DNA from: Candidatus Schekmanbacteria bacterium RIFCSPLOWO2_02_FULL_38_14
GTDB lineage: Bacteria > Schekmanbacteria > GWA2-38-11
Direction: 5' to 3'
Assembly: GCA_001790855.1 (NCBI GenBank)
Contig: MGDH01000016.1
Coordinates: forward strand, 2,044 to 66,043
DNA length: 64,000 nucleotides
Shown here: positions 19,575-29,529 of the stretch, piece after piece
Numbering within the stretch: position 1 is the stretch's first letter
How the letters are laid out: each line of letters starts with the position of its first letter
Position numbers and translations under genes: made by a program
The notes under the pieces: generated by a model
What the model was told of the DNA's origin: nothing
Database searches by the model: none
The model's input: only the letters and a program-made list of their open reading frames with translations

Positions 19575-19982
19575 ATGGAACTACCTATAAAATTTGACAA
19601 TAAAAAGCTTAATCATCTGGTCAAAAAATACAATATTTCCTTAATTGTTTTATTTGGCTCTTATACAAAAGGAATCAGAAATAAAAATAGCGATATTGAT
19701 ATTGGTATTTATTTAAAAAATCTTATTAATGATAGTAAAGAGTTTCAGCTTTTGACTGATCTTATAAAAATATTTAAAAATGATTCTTTAGATGTGGCTA
19801 TATTAAATTATGCATCACCTTTGCTTTTATTTGAAGTAGCAAAAAAAGGTAAGCTAATTGCTGAGAGAAAAAAAGGTGATTTTTTAAAGTTTAAGATTAT
19901 GGCATTTAAAAAATACTGGGAAACAAAAAAATTCCGCACTTTAAGAAAAACCTTCCTCAACAATACAATTTCAAGGAGCTAA
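19575..19982 (+). CDS. mntA: Minimal nucleotidyltransferase (MNT) antitoxin
   Basis: 135 aa. GS-x10-DxD motif: LFGSYTKGIRNKNSDIDIGIY. Confidence 0.8.
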   Translation: MELPIKFDNKKLNHLVKKYNISLIVLFGSYTKGIRNKNSDIDIGIYLKNLINDSKEFQLLTDLIKIFKNDSLDVAILNYASPLLLFEVAKKGKLIAERKKGDFLKFKIMAFKKYWETKKFRTLRKTFLNNTISRS

Positions 19983-19984
19983 GA

Positions 19985-20422
19985 TTGATTGCTTCCAGTG
20001 ATTTAGGAGTCATAACTGAAAAATTGATTCTATTGAGACAATACCTTGGAGAACTTTCAGAAATTAAAGATATAACCTTCAATTACTACATGGGAAATAA
20101 AATTGTTAAAAGAGGAGCAGAAAGACTCCTTCAGCTCTTGGTGGAAGTTGCAAGCGATATAAATGGAGCTCTCCTAACAATGGGGGATAAAACTCCCCCA
20201 GAAAGTTATTACGAGTCATTTATCAAGGCAGGCAAGGCTGGATTAATACCGGATCAGTTGGCTAAAAGGCTTGCTCCAAGTTCTGGGCTTCGAAATAGAA
20301 TAGTTCATGAATATGGTGAATATAAAGATAGCATTGTTTATAAAAATATTAAAAGTATACACAAAAATTATAGCGATTATTTAAGATCCATAAACAATTA
20401 TCTTCAGAAAAAGAAAATATAA
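19985..20422 (+). CDS. hepT: HEPN (DUF86) toxin HepT
   Basis: 145 aa. R-x4-H HEPN motif (RNRIVHEY). TTG start 6 nt after AAGGAG and 2 nt after the mntA stop. Confidence 0.8.
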   Translation: MIASSDLGVITEKLILLRQYLGELSEIKDITFNYYMGNKIVKRGAERLLQLLVEVASDINGALLTMGDKTPPESYYESFIKAGKAGLIPDQLAKRLAPSSGLRNRIVHEYGEYKDSIVYKNIKSIHKNYSDYLRSINNYLQKKKI

Positions 20423-20463
20423 AAGCAAATCTTCCTCAGAATCTCTAACTCAACTAAATATTT

Positions 20464-21543
20464 ATGAAAGATAAAGAGTTATCTCCTGAAAACCAGTTAA
20501 TCCTGAATTGTGCCACAACGGCTATGGATGAAAATGTTTGTGCATCAAACCTTGATATGATAAAAAAAGGCTTGAACTGGGAGCATATCTATGAAACAGC
20601 AAAAAACCACAATGTCGCCCCCCTGATGTATCCAAACCTGAAGGAACTCAACAACAACCATCCAATACCTCAGAATATCCTTTTCAAGTTCAGAAAATCC
20701 TATCACAGCAACGGCATTCGCAACACAAGGCTCTATAACGAGCTTGCAATATTGCTAAAAGAGTTCAAAGAAAATGGAATTGAGGTAATGTTTATTAAAG
20801 GCGCTGCCCTTGCAATTCTTGTTTACAAAAACATCGCCCTCCGTCCAATGAGTGATGTGGATATTTTGATTAAAAAAGAGGATGCTGAAAAGGTTGAAGA
20901 GATTTTAGTTAAGAATGGTTATAAAGAAGATATCCCTTTGCGAAGAAAATATTTTTCTGAACTTTTTCCCTATTTGTCTCCCTATGTAAAAACAAATATC
21001 TTAACCGTAGAAATTAAATGGGGACTCTTTGGCTACTGGCCAAATGGGTTTAAACCTGGCTTTAATGATTTTTCCAAAAGTTCAAAATTTATTATAATAA
21101 ATAATTTAACAGTTCTAATTCCTTCAATAGAAAATATGGTAGAATTAGTTTGGCGTCATGCTAAAAAACATAAAATCGTTGGCGAGCAACAATTACTGTC
21201 GTATTGTGATTTAGCTGAGCTTGAGAGGAGCTACGGGAAGGAGATTAAGCATAAGTTTAAATATATTCTTACTCCTGAAGAAATTTTAGAGGATGAGAAA
21301 AATAATTCTAAGGATTTATATTTTATCCCAGGCGTATATGACAGGATTAAATCAATAAATGGGATATATAATAAATTACTTTATATTTTTGGATCTCTCT
21401 TCCCAAATAGAGAATTTATAATTAAGCGTTATAAGATAAGGAATAAAAAATCAGTTTATTTATATTTTTTATTAAGGCCTTCTATATTAATTTTAAACAT
21501 GCTAAAAAGCCTTTTATTTAAAATAAAAAAATCCCTTTTTTAA
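20464..21543 (+). CDS. Stand-alone nucleotidyltransferase-fold protein (resembles the 'uncharacterised nucleotidyltransferase' family)
   Basis: 359 aa. Block ALRPMSDVDILIKKEDAEKVEEILVKNGY (D.D in a pol-beta-like NTase context). The family assignment is from memory only. Confidence 0.55.
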   Translation: MKDKELSPENQLILNCATTAMDENVCASNLDMIKKGLNWEHIYETAKNHNVAPLMYPNLKELNNNHPIPQNILFKFRKSYHSNGIRNTRLYNELAILLKEFKENGIEVMFIKGAALAILVYKNIALRPMSDVDILIKKEDAEKVEEILVKNGYKEDIPLRRKYFSELFPYLSPYVKTNILTVEIKWGLFGYWPNGFKPGFNDFSKSSKFIIINNLTVLIPSIENMVELVWRHAKKHKIVGEQQLLSYCDLAELERSYGKEIKHKFKYILTPEEILEDEKNNSKDLYFIPGVYDRIKSINGIYNKLLYIFGSLFPNREFIIKRYKIRNKKSVYLYFLLRPSILILNMLKSLLFKIKKSLF

Positions 21544-21667
21544 CTATGATGCATAAACTTTTCTTGAGAAAACTATACTAACCAATAACTTACCCATTCT
21601 GCAAATCTTTGGTGTAAAGAATAGAACAATTATTTTCTAAATTGGAGAAGTGGTTCGTCATAGCATT

Positions 21668-22438
21668 TTATGATTTGCTTTTTACTTGCTTAAACATTGC
21701 TATTAAAACATGTCCCAAGAACATAGGTGATGAAACAAAATTTCGTTTCCACAATCGCCAAGGCTCTAGCATTAACCTTGGTAACCATTCTAATCCAAGA
21801 TGTTGTAACCATACAGGTGCTCGCTTTTTTGTACCAGCAAAATAATCGAATGCTGCTCCAACTGCACCAATAAATGAAACGTTAAGCTTATCTTTATTAT
21901 GATATATCCATTTTTCCTGTTTTGGAGCAGTCATGCCCACCCAAAGCACATCAGGTTTTGCATTGTTGATTGCCTCAATCATAAAGCTATTATCTTCTTT
22001 GCTAAAGTCTTCCTTAAAAGGGGGAGAATATGTCCCTGCAATTTTTATGTTTGGAAAAACAACCTTCATCCTATCTTTTATTTTTTCAAGAGTTTTCTCT
22101 GTTGAACCAAGAAAAAAATAACTATATTTTCTTTTTTTATTCAAAACATTACTGAGACCTATAAAAACATCACTTCCTGTAATCCGATCATAAATATTCC
22201 CTCCTAATATTTTTGAAGCGATCACAATCCCAACTCCATCTGGTGTTACAAGGTCAGCATTTTCTATTGCCGCACTAAAATCAGAGTCATTTCTTGCAAG
22301 TTCCAATGAATGCGGATTAGCACAAATAAAATACTTGTGCTTTTCTATGTTTTCAAGCCATCTAAGAATTGTAGAAATGCATTCTGTTTTCGATAGCGTG
22401 GTAATATTATAATCAAGTATTGACTCATGTGTTTTCAT
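21668..22438 (-). CDS. WecB/TagA/CpsF family glycosyltransferase (GT26)
   Basis: 256 aa. Motifs PDGVGIV, VGMTAPKQEKWI, GLEWLPRLMLEPWRLWKR. Confidence 0.85.
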   Translation of the reverse strand: MKTHESILDYNITTLSKTECISTILRWLENIEKHKYFICANPHSLELARNDSDFSAAIENADLVTPDGVGIVIASKILGGNIYDRITGSDVFIGLSNVLNKKRKYSYFFLGSTEKTLEKIKDRMKVVFPNIKIAGTYSPPFKEDFSKEDNSFMIEAINNAKPDVLWVGMTAPKQEKWIYHNKDKLNVSFIGAVGAAFDYFAGTKKRAPVWLQHLGLEWLPRLMLEPWRLWKRNFVSSPMFLGHVLIAMFKQVKSKS

Positions 22439-22447
22439 TTTTTCTCT

Positions 22448-23638
22448 CTATCTATTATTTTCAATTGCTTTTTGATAAATGCCTATTAATATTTCAAAAT
22501 TTTTCTCAAATGTATATTTCGCCTCAAACTCTGCACGAGCATTCTTACCCATCTCTATAGATGCATTAGTATTGTCTAACATCCATTTTATCTTTAAAGC
22601 AAGGTCATCAGGATTACCTGGTTCAAAAAAAAGTCCAGTTTTTCCATCCTCTACAATTTCCTCCATTACACCAAGTCGTGAGGCAATAATAGGCTTACCA
22701 CATGCAAAAGCTTCAATAACTGGTTTGCCAAAAGTCTCATAACATTCTGAAGTAAAAAATAAAAACATAGAATTCTTTATATTTTCTATAACTTCTTCCC
22801 AAGGAAGATAACCACATATTTTAACATTTTCCAATTTATGTTTAATAATAAATTCTTCTATATCCTTTTTCAAAGAACCATCTCCTATTATTTTCAATAC
22901 AATACCTTTTGAATCTATTTTCTTCCATGATTTCAATAGTGTCATTACTCCTTTTTCAGAAGTAAGTCTTCCAACAAAAAGTACAAATTTTTTAAAATTA
23001 AAATGAGGTTCTAAATTATTTTTGATAAAATTTGGTTTTACAAATATTTTCTCCGCTGGCAGGCTAGCCTTTATAAATTTTGATTTAGAAAACTCTGTTA
23101 AAATAATGAATGCATCTATTTTGGTATTCCATGTTCCTATAATTCTATGAAGATATTCCATAAAAGCCATCACTAGTGAAGAAGTTCTAGAATTTCTATA
23201 ACAACCATTTAGAAAGGCATTATAAGGTATTCTCCCTATACAATCCTCACATGTCTTACCATTTCTGAAAAGAAGACCATTCACACAAAATATTCTATAG
23301 TTGTGTAAAGTTTGAACTACAGGAATTCCAGCATCTTTACAGGCATAATAGGCCGATGGTGAGATTGTGTAAAAAATGTTATGAAAATGACATAAATCTG
23401 GTTTTTCTTTTTTTATTATAGACTTAAGTTCTTTATAACTCTTTAAAGACCATACAATATTGATTGGTAATTGTAATTTATTTTTAAACCTATAAGATAA
23501 AATTTCGTCATTATATTTTGTATATGTTATTACTTCTATCCCTTTTTTTTTCAAAAGTTCTAATTCATCTTTAAAGACAATATCTTCACCGCTTGGAGCT
23601 GTGGAAATATAGAAATTATGCACAAACAGTATTTTCAT
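22448..23638 (-). CDS. GT4 family glycosyltransferase
   Basis: 396 aa. GT-B layout, C-terminal E.FG.PVIEAFACGKPIIAS motif. Confidence 0.85.
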   Translation of the reverse strand: MKILFVHNFYISTAPSGEDIVFKDELELLKKKGIEVITYTKYNDEILSYRFKNKLQLPINIVWSLKSYKELKSIIKKEKPDLCHFHNIFYTISPSAYYACKDAGIPVVQTLHNYRIFCVNGLLFRNGKTCEDCIGRIPYNAFLNGCYRNSRTSSLVMAFMEYLHRIIGTWNTKIDAFIILTEFSKSKFIKASLPAEKIFVKPNFIKNNLEPHFNFKKFVLFVGRLTSEKGVMTLLKSWKKIDSKGIVLKIIGDGSLKKDIEEFIIKHKLENVKICGYLPWEEVIENIKNSMFLFFTSECYETFGKPVIEAFACGKPIIASRLGVMEEIVEDGKTGLFFEPGNPDDLALKIKWMLDNTNASIEMGKNARAEFEAKYTFEKNFEILIGIYQKAIENNR

Positions 23639-25004
23639 TTGTTGACCTTTTCACAAATGTTTTGGAATACAAATTTTTTCTATATTTTGCAAAATATGTA
23701 AAATAAGTATACAGAACACCCAAATAATACCAGAATACCACACTAGTTGCTCGACTGTCGAGCGTAGGATTAAACAATGAATCAAAAATTATAAGCATCA
23801 AAATAAGTATCACAATATTGAGAGAAACATTTTTTTTGCCATTGCTTTTTTCTATGCTCTTGTTCAAAAAATGAATCTTGAATATTCCATAAACAATTGT
23901 AAGATATGCTATCATAAGAAGCATACCACCTTGTAATAAAAACGAAATAATTTGACTTTCACTGCCAGGGTTTAAACCGCCGAGGGAGGCAGCACTGGTA
24001 TAAGCTCCCAAACCATCACCTTGAAAAAGGTGTTCTGGAATCATTTCACCCCAGAACATAACCCTTGCCCCTAACGACGCTGAAAAAAGCATTCTGCGCA
24101 AATAGCTGCTTTTTACCCCACCCATCATAAACTCATCTAGTTCATTTAATAAAACAGGATTAAAATATATAAGAAAAAATATGCACAAAATGACACCCGT
24201 CAACACCATCAAACGTTTTTTGTTTATAATATACTTTATTACAATAATTGCTATCATTAATCCCACCAATGACCCTCTCGAACCTACCAGTATAAGTGCT
24301 CCTATCAAACAAACATATATTATCCATTTAATAGGCACTTTGAGAAATGTACCGTTGTAGTAATATACGAAAAATATCCCAATAATAAAATATATCGCCG
24401 CTTCCCTGAGACCAGAAAAAATCGATATATATCTGTAAACACCCATATCAGCAAAATAGTTACCTCCTATAGTTGCATAACCACTACTTAGCCATGCCTT
24501 CTCAAAAGAGAAATAATTGTTCACCCGCTGAAGAAAAATATAAACAGTCCCAATAATAACAACTAAAAATATAAAATTGGAAAATTTATCTTTAAAAAAA
24601 TCATAGTCATAATTGTTTTTCAGGACTGTTTCTTTACCAAAAAAGTAGAAAAAAATATAAATTACAAATATCTTAATATAAGCTATTGAAACCAATACAT
24701 TTGACAGAAAAATTACGCCTGAAACAAATAATGAAAATAAAAAAAAGAATATTTTCTTATTTATAAAAAACAGGTGTTTACTTTTACATATTATATAAAA
24801 CAGCAAGAAAAAATCTGGAATTAGAAGCAAAGTATTATATAGAATACCCGGATCGCCACCAATAAACAAAAACCTTTTAAAGAAATTTGACAATATTATT
24901 AATGCCGCAAGGAAAATCAAATAGCTTCTAAAAAGAATGCCAAATAAAGATGCAATAGACATATACAAACTAAAAATCAAAAAAAACATTGGAGTGCCCC
25001 CCAT
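23616..25004 (-). CDS. O-antigen ligase/polymerase-like (Wzy-type) membrane protein
   Basis: 462 aa, at least 10 hydrophobic segments and extremely AT-rich. Central loop GSRGSLVGL is typical of the Wzy_C-type domain. The start is uncertain (M1 at 25004 or M6), because an IS remnant abuts it. Confidence 0.6.
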   Translation of the reverse strand: MGGTPMFFLIFSLYMSIASLFGILFRSYLIFLAALIILSNFFKRFLFIGGDPGILYNTLLLIPDFFLLFYIICKSKHLFFINKKIFFFLFSLFVSGVIFLSNVLVSIAYIKIFVIYIFFYFFGKETVLKNNYDYDFFKDKFSNFIFLVVIIGTVYIFLQRVNNYFSFEKAWLSSGYATIGGNYFADMGVYRYISIFSGLREAAIYFIIGIFFVYYYNGTFLKVPIKWIIYVCLIGALILVGSRGSLVGLMIAIIVIKYIINKKRLMVLTGVILCIFFLIYFNPVLLNELDEFMMGGVKSSYLRRMLFSASLGARVMFWGEMIPEHLFQGDGLGAYTSAASLGGLNPGSESQIISFLLQGGMLLMIAYLTIVYGIFKIHFLNKSIEKSNGKKNVSLNIVILILMLIIFDSLFNPTLDSRATSVVFWYYLGVLYTYFTYFAKYRKNLYSKTFVKRSTNENTVCA

Positions 25005-25083
25005 CGGTTAGACACAAAGAACCTCTGAGGATAGTAGGGTTTGACGAGTTCTATTTTTTATCTTTGCCACCAAGGATTCGTAT

Positions 25084-25263
25084 TCATTTGGTGGTTGGTG
25101 GACAATCTCCCAAGGCTGAATACAGCATCTTCTCATTGTACACTTCTTCGATAAAATAGGGAATGCGTTCCTTCACATCCTCAAAGGTTCTGTAGCCCCA
25201 AAAGGTATACTCCTCGTCCTTAAGGGTTTTGATAAAGCTTTCCGCAGTCCAGCTGCTTTGAGA
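25084..25263 (-). pseudogene. IS3-family transposase remnant (last ~59 codons of the integrase-core ORF)
   Basis: My own translation of the minus strand gives SQSSWTAESFIKTLKDEEYTFWGYRTFEDVKERIPYFIEEVYNEKMLYSALGDCPPTTK*. This matches the conserved C-terminal block of IS3 OrfB (AESF.KTLK.E......F.........IE.YN..R.HSALGY). An in-frame stop lies immediately upstream (25264-25266), and no remaining transposase body is present. Confidence 0.7.
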
Positions 25264-25289
25264 TCATCTACGTATTAACGAATGGCAAT

Positions 25290-26345
25290 TTACATACGAG
25301 CGCCGACAACTATAAACTCTTCCATTTGTTTATCCCCCAATCCCCAATTATCACCATTATAAACATATGAACGCCGACCTTCCACCATATCGATGATTAA
25401 ATTTTTAACATAATCCTTCTGTGTATAAACAATATTGGCTTTATCCAAATAGCTTTTTGATGGGATAAACTTACACCCCACTCCAGCCAAAATCTCCACT
25501 AAATGGTATGGTAGTTTTAACTTATTAAGAACTTTTTTCAAAAACACATATGAAGGCTTTTTCCATTTTGAATCATGATCAATATGATACAAACTTAAAG
25601 GCTTCTTAAAAACATACTGCTTTGCGCCTGATAAATGTGCCATGTATAGGAGCAGATCATCTGCTCCAGGGCTTATCCCTTCAGGAAAACCATGGATTAA
25701 ATGCCACCTCTCCCTAGAAAACAGCATAAAATCACCTGGAGCCTTGTCATGAAGAATGGGAATTTTTCTCTTTAACAAAAATTCAAATGGACCTGGAGTA
25801 TACATATCAATAATGTTTTGTTCACAGTATTTTAACTGCTCATCAATCGTTGTGATATCTAAAACCCTTCTATTCACATCACATCGATCTATACGATACA
25901 TTTTATCTTTTTCGAGTTTTTTGTTCGCAAAAAAATCAACTAGTTCTTCTGACAATAAAATGTCTATTACCGTAGACAGTATAAACTCACCTCTTGCCCT
26001 TCTGATTCCAACATTCCATGGAGTCAAATCGCGAATACTATAATCTTCAGACCAGTCATAGTTCCCAACTGTAGATGAAGGAACAACAACTGTGCGAACC
26101 CTACAATAACCTAATTTAGAAGGCCATGAATATATATCCTTTATTAAGGGCCTACCATTAGGAGGAATCCATTCTACAAGTATCAATTCAGATGATATTT
26201 TCTTTCTCTCCATTTGAGAAATAATGCCATCTATGCACACCTGCATCCTACGATACATATTAGCACTATGATTGTCGTTTCTAGATACAATTACGATACT
26301 TAAATAAGGATTGTCCTGTAATTGATTCTTTTCCGCTCCATGCAT
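25290..26345 (-). CDS. GT2-like glycosyltransferase
   Basis: 351 aa. N-terminal LSIVIVSRND, NVGIRRARGEFIL and GDFMLFSRERW blocks resemble GT-A/GT2 enzymes. Confidence 0.5.
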   Translation of the reverse strand: MHGAEKNQLQDNPYLSIVIVSRNDNHSANMYRRMQVCIDGIISQMERKKISSELILVEWIPPNGRPLIKDIYSWPSKLGYCRVRTVVVPSSTVGNYDWSEDYSIRDLTPWNVGIRRARGEFILSTVIDILLSEELVDFFANKKLEKDKMYRIDRCDVNRRVLDITTIDEQLKYCEQNIIDMYTPGPFEFLLKRKIPILHDKAPGDFMLFSRERWHLIHGFPEGISPGADDLLLYMAHLSGAKQYVFKKPLSLYHIDHDSKWKKPSYVFLKKVLNKLKLPYHLVEILAGVGCKFIPSKSYLDKANIVYTQKDYVKNLIIDMVEGRRSYVYNGDNWGLGDKQMEEFIVVGARM

Positions 26346-26349
26346 AAAT

Positions 26350-27063
26350 TCACTTCTTACATATAGAATGTGTTTCTAAAAAATCTTTTGCTTGTTTATA
26401 CCTTTTTGGGGTGCCTATATCAATCAATCTCTCTCTGGTATAAAAACCATAGATACACTGCCCTACAAGTTTAGGGAAAATATCATTTTCAAGCGAACAC
26501 TTTATACCTGAAGGTATTGCAGATAGAATACTCCTGTCAAAGAGATAAATGCCAGCACTAACCAGCTTCCCGCTGCCGTCCATTTTTTCATTAAATTTGA
26601 CAATTCTACCCAAATCATCAAGAACTATAGATCCAAAATCTCTCGCGTTTTGAATTTCGGTAACCACTATGGATAAATGGGACTTCTTTTTTATATGAAA
26701 ATCAACAAAATTTGCCAGATCAACATGACAAAAGGAGTCTCCATTTATAATCAAAAATGGACTAGATCTTATAAATTTATCAGCATTTTTTATTGCACCC
26801 GCAGTACCAAGAGGTGTCTTTTCTTCTGAAAAAACCAATTCAAATGAATGCTCTTTATCATTGTAATAATCTTTTACATAATCTGTCATATAGCCGGTGC
26901 AAAGGATGAAACGCTTAAAACCATAGGAGGATATATATTCAACTAATATATCAAGTAAAGGTCTGCCATTAATCTCAGCCATCGGTTTAGGTCTATCGTT
27001 TACAACTTTTTTTAAACGTGTACCCTCACCACCAATTAAAATCAAAGCGTCAATGTCTTTCAT
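26350..27063 (-). CDS. Sugar-1-phosphate nucleotidyltransferase (HddC-like, D-glycero-D-manno-heptose-1-P guanylyltransferase type)
   Basis: 237 aa. ILIGGEGTRLK..V.DRPKPM signature. Adjacent to an HddA-like kinase. Confidence 0.8.
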   Translation of the reverse strand: MKDIDALILIGGEGTRLKKVVNDRPKPMAEINGRPLLDILVEYISSYGFKRFILCTGYMTDYVKDYYNDKEHSFELVFSEEKTPLGTAGAIKNADKFIRSSPFLIINGDSFCHVDLANFVDFHIKKKSHLSIVVTEIQNARDFGSIVLDDLGRIVKFNEKMDGSGKLVSAGIYLFDRSILSAIPSGIKCSLENDIFPKLVGQCIYGFYTRERLIDIGTPKRYKQAKDFLETHSICKK

Positions 27064-27070
27064 GTGTAAA

Positions 27071-28069
27071 TTAATAGAAATCTTGTGTGGAATATAAAAC
27101 CACTTGGCTCCCTAACTTTTCAAAACCTAAAGGAACATATATAAGATTTTTTAATTTTTCCTTTATATGGTTGTGATATTCAGGCTTGGCAAATAAAAGT
27201 ATAAAACCACCGCCTCCAGCACCAAGCAGTTTACCACCTAAGGCACCTGCTTTTATTGAAACCTCATAAATTTCATCTATCCTGCCGTTAGTTATTAAAC
27301 TGGTAAGATTTTTCTTTATAATCCATGATTCATGAAGTAGTTTGCCAAAATCAGTGAGATCATTTGAATCACGGTCAAGAATACTAATGGCTTCACCCAC
27401 CATTTGCTTCATTGCACTTAATTCAGATATTTTGTTGTTGAGTTGTTTTATCTGTTCGACAGCAATGTTAGATGCATTCCTTGAAAATCCAGTAAAGAAT
27501 AATAGGAGATGAGATTGAAGTATATCTATTTTTTCCTGTTGAATAGTAATGGGATAAACATAAAATTCCTCTTCTCCGCCAAATTCAATTTTGTTAAAGC
27601 CCCCGAACGTCGTAGCCACCTGATCCTGTGAACCCACATTTTCTTTGATTAATTTTTGCTCCACATGAATCGCATCTGAAGCCAACTGTCTTTTGGTTAT
27701 AATTTTTCCTTTTAGAGCGTAGAGCGCGTTTAGCAATCCCACAGTAAAAGATGAGCTGGAACCTATTCCTGAACGTGCAGGGACATCGCTTGTATGTACT
27801 ATTTCCACGCCTCTATCAATCCCCATAAATCTCAAACACTCACGAACCGCAGGATGTTTTATTTCGTCAATACTTTGAGTCTCCTCACGTATTCTATACC
27901 TGATTAAATTTTTATAATCGAAAAAAGGTGGAAGATATCTACAACTAATGTAGCAGTATTTATTAAATGTCGTGCTAAGAACAACACCTCCATGTCCTTT
28001 ATACCAACCTGGATAATCCGTCCCACCACCAAAAAATGAAATACGAAACGGCGTTCTTGTAATAATCAT
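27071..28069 (-). CDS. GHMP sugar kinase (HddA-like heptose-7-phosphate kinase)
   Basis: 332 aa. TRTPFRISFFGGGTDYP N-terminus, GHMP motif PARSGIGSSSSF, C-terminal GAGGGGF. Confidence 0.82.
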   Translation of the reverse strand: MIITRTPFRISFFGGGTDYPGWYKGHGGVVLSTTFNKYCYISCRYLPPFFDYKNLIRYRIREETQSIDEIKHPAVRECLRFMGIDRGVEIVHTSDVPARSGIGSSSSFTVGLLNALYALKGKIITKRQLASDAIHVEQKLIKENVGSQDQVATTFGGFNKIEFGGEEEFYVYPITIQQEKIDILQSHLLLFFTGFSRNASNIAVEQIKQLNNKISELSAMKQMVGEAISILDRDSNDLTDFGKLLHESWIIKKNLTSLITNGRIDEIYEVSIKAGALGGKLLGAGGGGFILLFAKPEYHNHIKEKLKNLIYVPLGFEKLGSQVVLYSTQDFY

Positions 28070-28087
28070 ATAAGAAACCTCTTGTAA

Positions 28088-29014
28088 TCAATAATTAGTT
28101 GCATCAGCTTGCCTTAAATGCCACTTCGAAAAATTATAAATATAATTGAATTCAGGTTTTAAAACCTTAACACAAAAATAAGATTCATATTCACCTTCTC
28201 TAAAACCGATTTCTTCGACCACTTTACGAACCATCGTTCCCGGAACGGCCCATGTTGTAATTTTATTTGCTCCCAGTTCTTTCAGATGCCAACATGCCCC
28301 AATAAAAAGCCTCTTTAATTTCCTGCTATCTTTCAACGAGCATTCAAAATCAACAATATCTCCGTAAGACGTCTTTGTAACAGGGTCTACGAACTTTTTT
28401 ATAATTGCAAACTCACCAGTATCAATCGTGACAATTGAATATGAATACATTGGATTTAGAGCATAACGCCAAAAACGATATTTTTGCGAATCTTGAAAAA
28501 TTATTATGCTATCCTGCTGCTTTTTGATCTCCGGGAAAACAGTCTTCTTTGTCACAGATTCGCATTTTGTTCCATTATTTACAATATCAGCCAAATAATC
28601 AAGAATTAATATTCGCAATGCACCGATTGTTTTAAAACCAAATGAGCGTTCACAGGGCAATTTTGCCCTCTTATTGGCAAAAATACACAATACGTCCAAA
28701 TCATTGAAGTTGCCGATTGCTGCTTGCCCTAATCTAGTAAAATGGCCTTTTTCTCTCCAACGTGGTGCAATATTTAAGTGGTTTGCCTGCCCGCATATTA
28801 AATTATGCGTCAGTTTCCTTTTTTGTATCCCAAATATACCCACCAGCTCATTACCGCAAAAACCACACATCAAAACTACAGGAATCACTGTTTCAAAACA
28901 TTGCCAAGTCCAAAATTCCTTTGGCCTTTTAATTTTATACATTGTACTGAGCAATGAATATATTACTGGAATATCTTCAGGTGTCGCTCGTCTGTAAATT
29001 ATATTATCACTCAT
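28088..29014 (-). CDS. Two-domain GNAT-like acyltransferase
   Basis: 308 aa. N-terminal IYRRATPEDIPVIYSL is GNAT-like; no strong further motif. Confidence 0.45.
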   Translation of the reverse strand: MSDNIIYRRATPEDIPVIYSLLSTMYKIKRPKEFWTWQCFETVIPVVLMCGFCGNELVGIFGIQKRKLTHNLICGQANHLNIAPRWREKGHFTRLGQAAIGNFNDLDVLCIFANKRAKLPCERSFGFKTIGALRILILDYLADIVNNGTKCESVTKKTVFPEIKKQQDSIIIFQDSQKYRFWRYALNPMYSYSIVTIDTGEFAIIKKFVDPVTKTSYGDIVDFECSLKDSRKLKRLFIGACWHLKELGANKITTWAVPGTMVRKVVEEIGFREGEYESYFCVKVLKPEFNYIYNFSKWHLRQADATNY

Positions 29015-29529
29015 TTAACGAAATCACCACGCTCATCTCGCATAGACAATATAGGATTTTTGATAGGCCACCAAATGTTAAATCTTGGATCATTCCATTT
29101 GATTGTAAATTGTCTTGATGGATCATAATAATGAGACTGTTTATAATGAAAAATGGACTTTTCACTCAAACAGAGATGACCATTGCCATGTTTGGGTGGC
29201 ACAAGTACCTGATGTTTATTAACATCAGACAATACAAAAGACTGCCATTTACCATAATTATTTGAAAATTCATCATAGTTGATGACCATTAAATAAAATT
29301 TGCCATGCAGACATGAAATTAGCTTCCACGTTCGGTCATCCCCATGCACGCCCTTTAATACTCCTCTTGTAGCAATCGAGATGTCATCTTCAACAAAGTC
29401 TATATCTATCCCTTTAGATTTGTACAATTCTTTACTATATATCTCAAAATATTCCCCCCTATGATCTTCAAAAAAAGTAGGTTTAATTAACAAAACACCA
29501 CTTAGATATGTCTCGCACACTTCAATCAT
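29011..29529 (-). CDS. RmlC-like NDP-4-keto-6-deoxysugar 3,5-epimerase (cupin)
   Basis: 172 aa. F.D.RG.F.E and RG.LKG.H blocks, GHL(C), HYKQSHYY. ATGA overlaps on both sides. Confidence 0.85.
   Translation of the reverse strand: MIEVCETYLSGVLLIKPTFFEDHRGEYFEIYSKELYKSKGIDIDFVEDDISIATRGVLKGVHGDDRTWKLISCLHGKFYLMVINYDEFSNNYGKWQSFVLSDVNKHQVLVPPKHGNGHLCLSEKSIFHYKQSHYYDPSRQFTIKWNDPRFNIWWPIKNPILSMRDERGDFVK

Noticed and set aside
21544-21667. Bidirectional terminator between the convergent genes 20464..21543 and 21668..22438.
   Set aside because: The only hairpin is a 5-bp AU-rich stem (TTTTC-ttga-GAAAA) without a proper U-tract, which is too weak to annotate.
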